Shown one piece after another: positions 62,270 through 64,000 of a stretch of 64,000 bases of DNA. The notes beneath the pieces are model-generated. The model did no database searches and had not been told where the DNA came from. It saw nothing but the letters and a program-made list of their open reading frames with translations. The translations under genes and the position numbers were made by a program. Every line of letters starts with the position of its first letter. Within the stretch, counting starts at the first letter, position 1. This DNA comes from an uncultured Candidatus Peribacteria bacterium. GTDB taxonomy: Bacteria > Patescibacteriota > Gracilibacteria > UBA1369 > GWF2-33-10. The DNA lies in NCBI GenBank assembly GCA_964511025.1, contig CAZEDK010000001.1:24191-88190 (forward strand). The letters run 5' to 3'.

Positions 62270-64000
62270 ATGCCAAAACCGTTTATAGCTATAATAGTAA
62301 GCATATTTGCCATCCTATATGCCATTATTTTGATCAAGCAAATACTTGCAAAAAACAGTGGTAATCAAAAAATGCAAGATATTTCGTCAGCTATCGAAGA
62401 TGGAGCTATGGCCTTTATACATAGAGAATATAAAACAATTGCAATTTTTTCTATTATCGTATTTTTGCTACTTGGTTTCGGTTTATCAAACAAAGAATAC
62501 AACACCGGATATTTAACAGCCATATCTTTCTTGGTTGGAGCTATACTATCTGCAGTTTCCGGCTTTGTCGGGATGAAAACAGCCGTCAAAACAAATGTAA
62601 GGACTACTCAAGGCGCAAAAAATAGTCTATCTGAAGCTTTTTCCATAGCTGTCAAAGGTGGCGTCGTAAGTGGTCTTTTTATAGCAAGTTTGGGACTGCT
62701 TGGACTTTCTAGCTTGTATTATATTTTTCAAGTAAAAATGGGCATCCCAGTAGAATCCACAATGCAAATACTCGTCGGACTAGCGCTTGGCGGTTCTTTG
62801 ATCTGTCTTTTTGCAAGAATAGCCGGAGGAATATACACAAAAGCTGCTGATGTTGGAGCCGATTTGGTTGGCAAAGTAGAAGCCGGTATCCCTGAAGATG
62901 ACCCAAGAAATCCTGCCGTAATTGCAGATAATGTTGGTGACAACGTTGGAGATTGTGCAGGTATGGCAGCAGATCTTTTTGAAACATACGTGGTTACACT
63001 TATAGCTTGTATGATTATTGGCGCAGGATTATTTAATCAAGTAGGTGAAAGTGCGATTATGCTACCTCTTATTATAGGCGCAATATCAATAATAGGTTCT
63101 ATATTTGCTACATTTTTTATCAAAATTGGGAAAGACAAAAAAATCATGAAAGCTTTATACAAGGGTCTTATAGCAAATGGAGCATTTTCCGCTCTAGGTT
63201 TTTATATAGCTATCAAAGTCATGTTCAATGGAGATATTTATATTTTCTTAGCTTCGCTTGTTGGTCTTGTGGTAACTGGATTAATTTTCGTTGCAACTGA
63301 ATATTACACCGCAACTCAATTTGGACCAGTAAGAAGAATAGCAAAAGCCTCAGAAACAGGCGCAGGAACTAATATTATATTTGGTATCGGCGAAGGTTTT
63401 ATGAGTGTTTTGCCTATTTTACTTATAATAGTGGCGGGCATTATCCTTTCATTCATATTTGGTGAAAGATCTTCGCTTGCAAGTGGAATATATGGAATAG
63501 CATTAGGTGGAGTATCAATGTTGTCTGTAGCCGGCATGATAGTTGCATTGGATTCGTATGGTCCTATTACTGACAATGCAGGTGGTATAGCTGAAATGGC
63601 TGAACTGCCTGAAAGTGTAAGAAAAATTACAGACGCGCTTGATGCTGTTGGAAATACAACAAAAGCAGTAACAAAAGGTTACGCTATAGGTTCAGCTGCT
63701 TTTGCCGCAGTAATTATGATGCAGGCTTACGCAAATGAACTTGGCAAAAATGTCGTTGAAGGTAATTTCACATTTGATTTAGCAAACCCTAAAGTGCTTA
63801 TAGGAGTTCTTATTGGCGCGTCAATACCTTTTGTATTTTCTTCATTCTGTATGACTTCCGTAGGCAAAGCGGCGAATACTGTAGTGATAGAAGTAAGGAG
63901 ACAATTTCGAGAAATCAAAGGTATCATGGAAGGAACTAACAAGCCAGAATATGCTACCTGCGTAGATATAGTGACAAAAGCCGCTCTGAAAGAAATGATT
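62270..64000 (+). CDS. hppA: Membrane-bound H+/K+-translocating pyrophosphatase (N-terminal 577 codons; runs off the right edge)
   Basis: Absent from the ORF track because it is edge-truncated. Hand translation: [24 protein letters not shown]… and [55 protein letters not shown], the canonical PPase motif. Confidence 0.93.
   Translation, partial: MPKPFIAIIVSIFAILYAIILIKQILAKNSGNQKMQDISSAIEDGAMAFIHREYKTIAIFSIIVFLLLGFGLSNKEYNTGYLTAISFLVGAILSAVSGFVGMKTAVKTNVRTTQGAKNSLSEAFSIAVKGGVVSGLFIASLGLLGLSSLYYIFQVKMGIPVESTMQILVGLALGGSLICLFARIAGGIYTKAADVGADLVGKVEAGIPEDDPRNPAVIADNVGDNVGDCAGMAADLFETYVVTLIACMIIGAGLFNQVGESAIMLPLIIGAISIIGSIFATFFIKIGKDKKIMKALYKGLIANGAFSALGFYIAIKVMFNGDIYIFLASLVGLVVTGLIFVATEYYTATQFGPVRRIAKASETGAGTNIIFGIGEGFMSVLPILLIIVAGIILSFIFGERSSLASGIYGIALGGVSMLSVAGMIVALDSYGPITDNAGGIAEMAELPESVRKITDALDAVGNTTKAVTKGYAIGSAAFAAVIMMQAYANELGKNVVEGNFTFDLANPKVLIGVLIGASIPFVFSSFCMTSVGKAANTVVIEVRRQFREIKGIMEGTNKPEYATCVDIVTKAALKEMI

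Overview
This is a gene-dense, AT-rich bacterial chromosome segment, roughly one-third G+C by eye. Intergenic spacers are short, Shine-Dalgarno signals are mostly weak or absent, and several convergent genes have overlapping stop codons. The standard genetic code fits. All calls come from reading the ORF translations and the DNA by eye; no database search was run.

Housekeeping content:
- rplY, ybaB, mltG and dnaA (without dnaN)
- pyrH-frr-rseP, pilT, groES-groEL, rny, rmuC, ftsQ, yajQ
- a purL-purQ-purN-purM purine operon, and ilvD
- rplJ-rplL followed by a type IV pilus pilB-pilC operon
- lepB, metG, tRNA-Cys, tRNA-Leu, a type II pantothenate kinase-like gene, and an edge-truncated H+/K+ pyrophosphatase

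This gene set would suit a small-genome uncultivated lineage such as CPR/Patescibacteria, but taxonomy cannot be settled from this window.

The accessory layer is the most notable part:
1. There are six intact toxin-antitoxin pairs (2x MazEF-like, VapBC, AbiEi/AbiEii, RelE-type, DinJ-YafQ) plus remnants. Two of these insertions split the purine operon. One is flanked by a duplicated purL 3' tail.
2. A 160-bp MITE-like element is present in two about 97% identical copies with TTA duplications.
3. A hairpin repeat (GTCATTCC-loop-GGAATCC) forms the ends of two about 125-133-bp MITE-like elements. These flank a 1363-aa G+C-enriched orphan ORF. In inverted pairs, the same hairpin brackets a small GIY-YIG nuclease gene. 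This is my best candidate for an undescribed mobile system.
4. Heptanucleotide tandem arrays and small GC-rich motifs sit at gene borders. They are also inserted in frame inside purL, the pantothenate kinase-like gene and the orphan ORF, and one array supplies the pilT stop codon.
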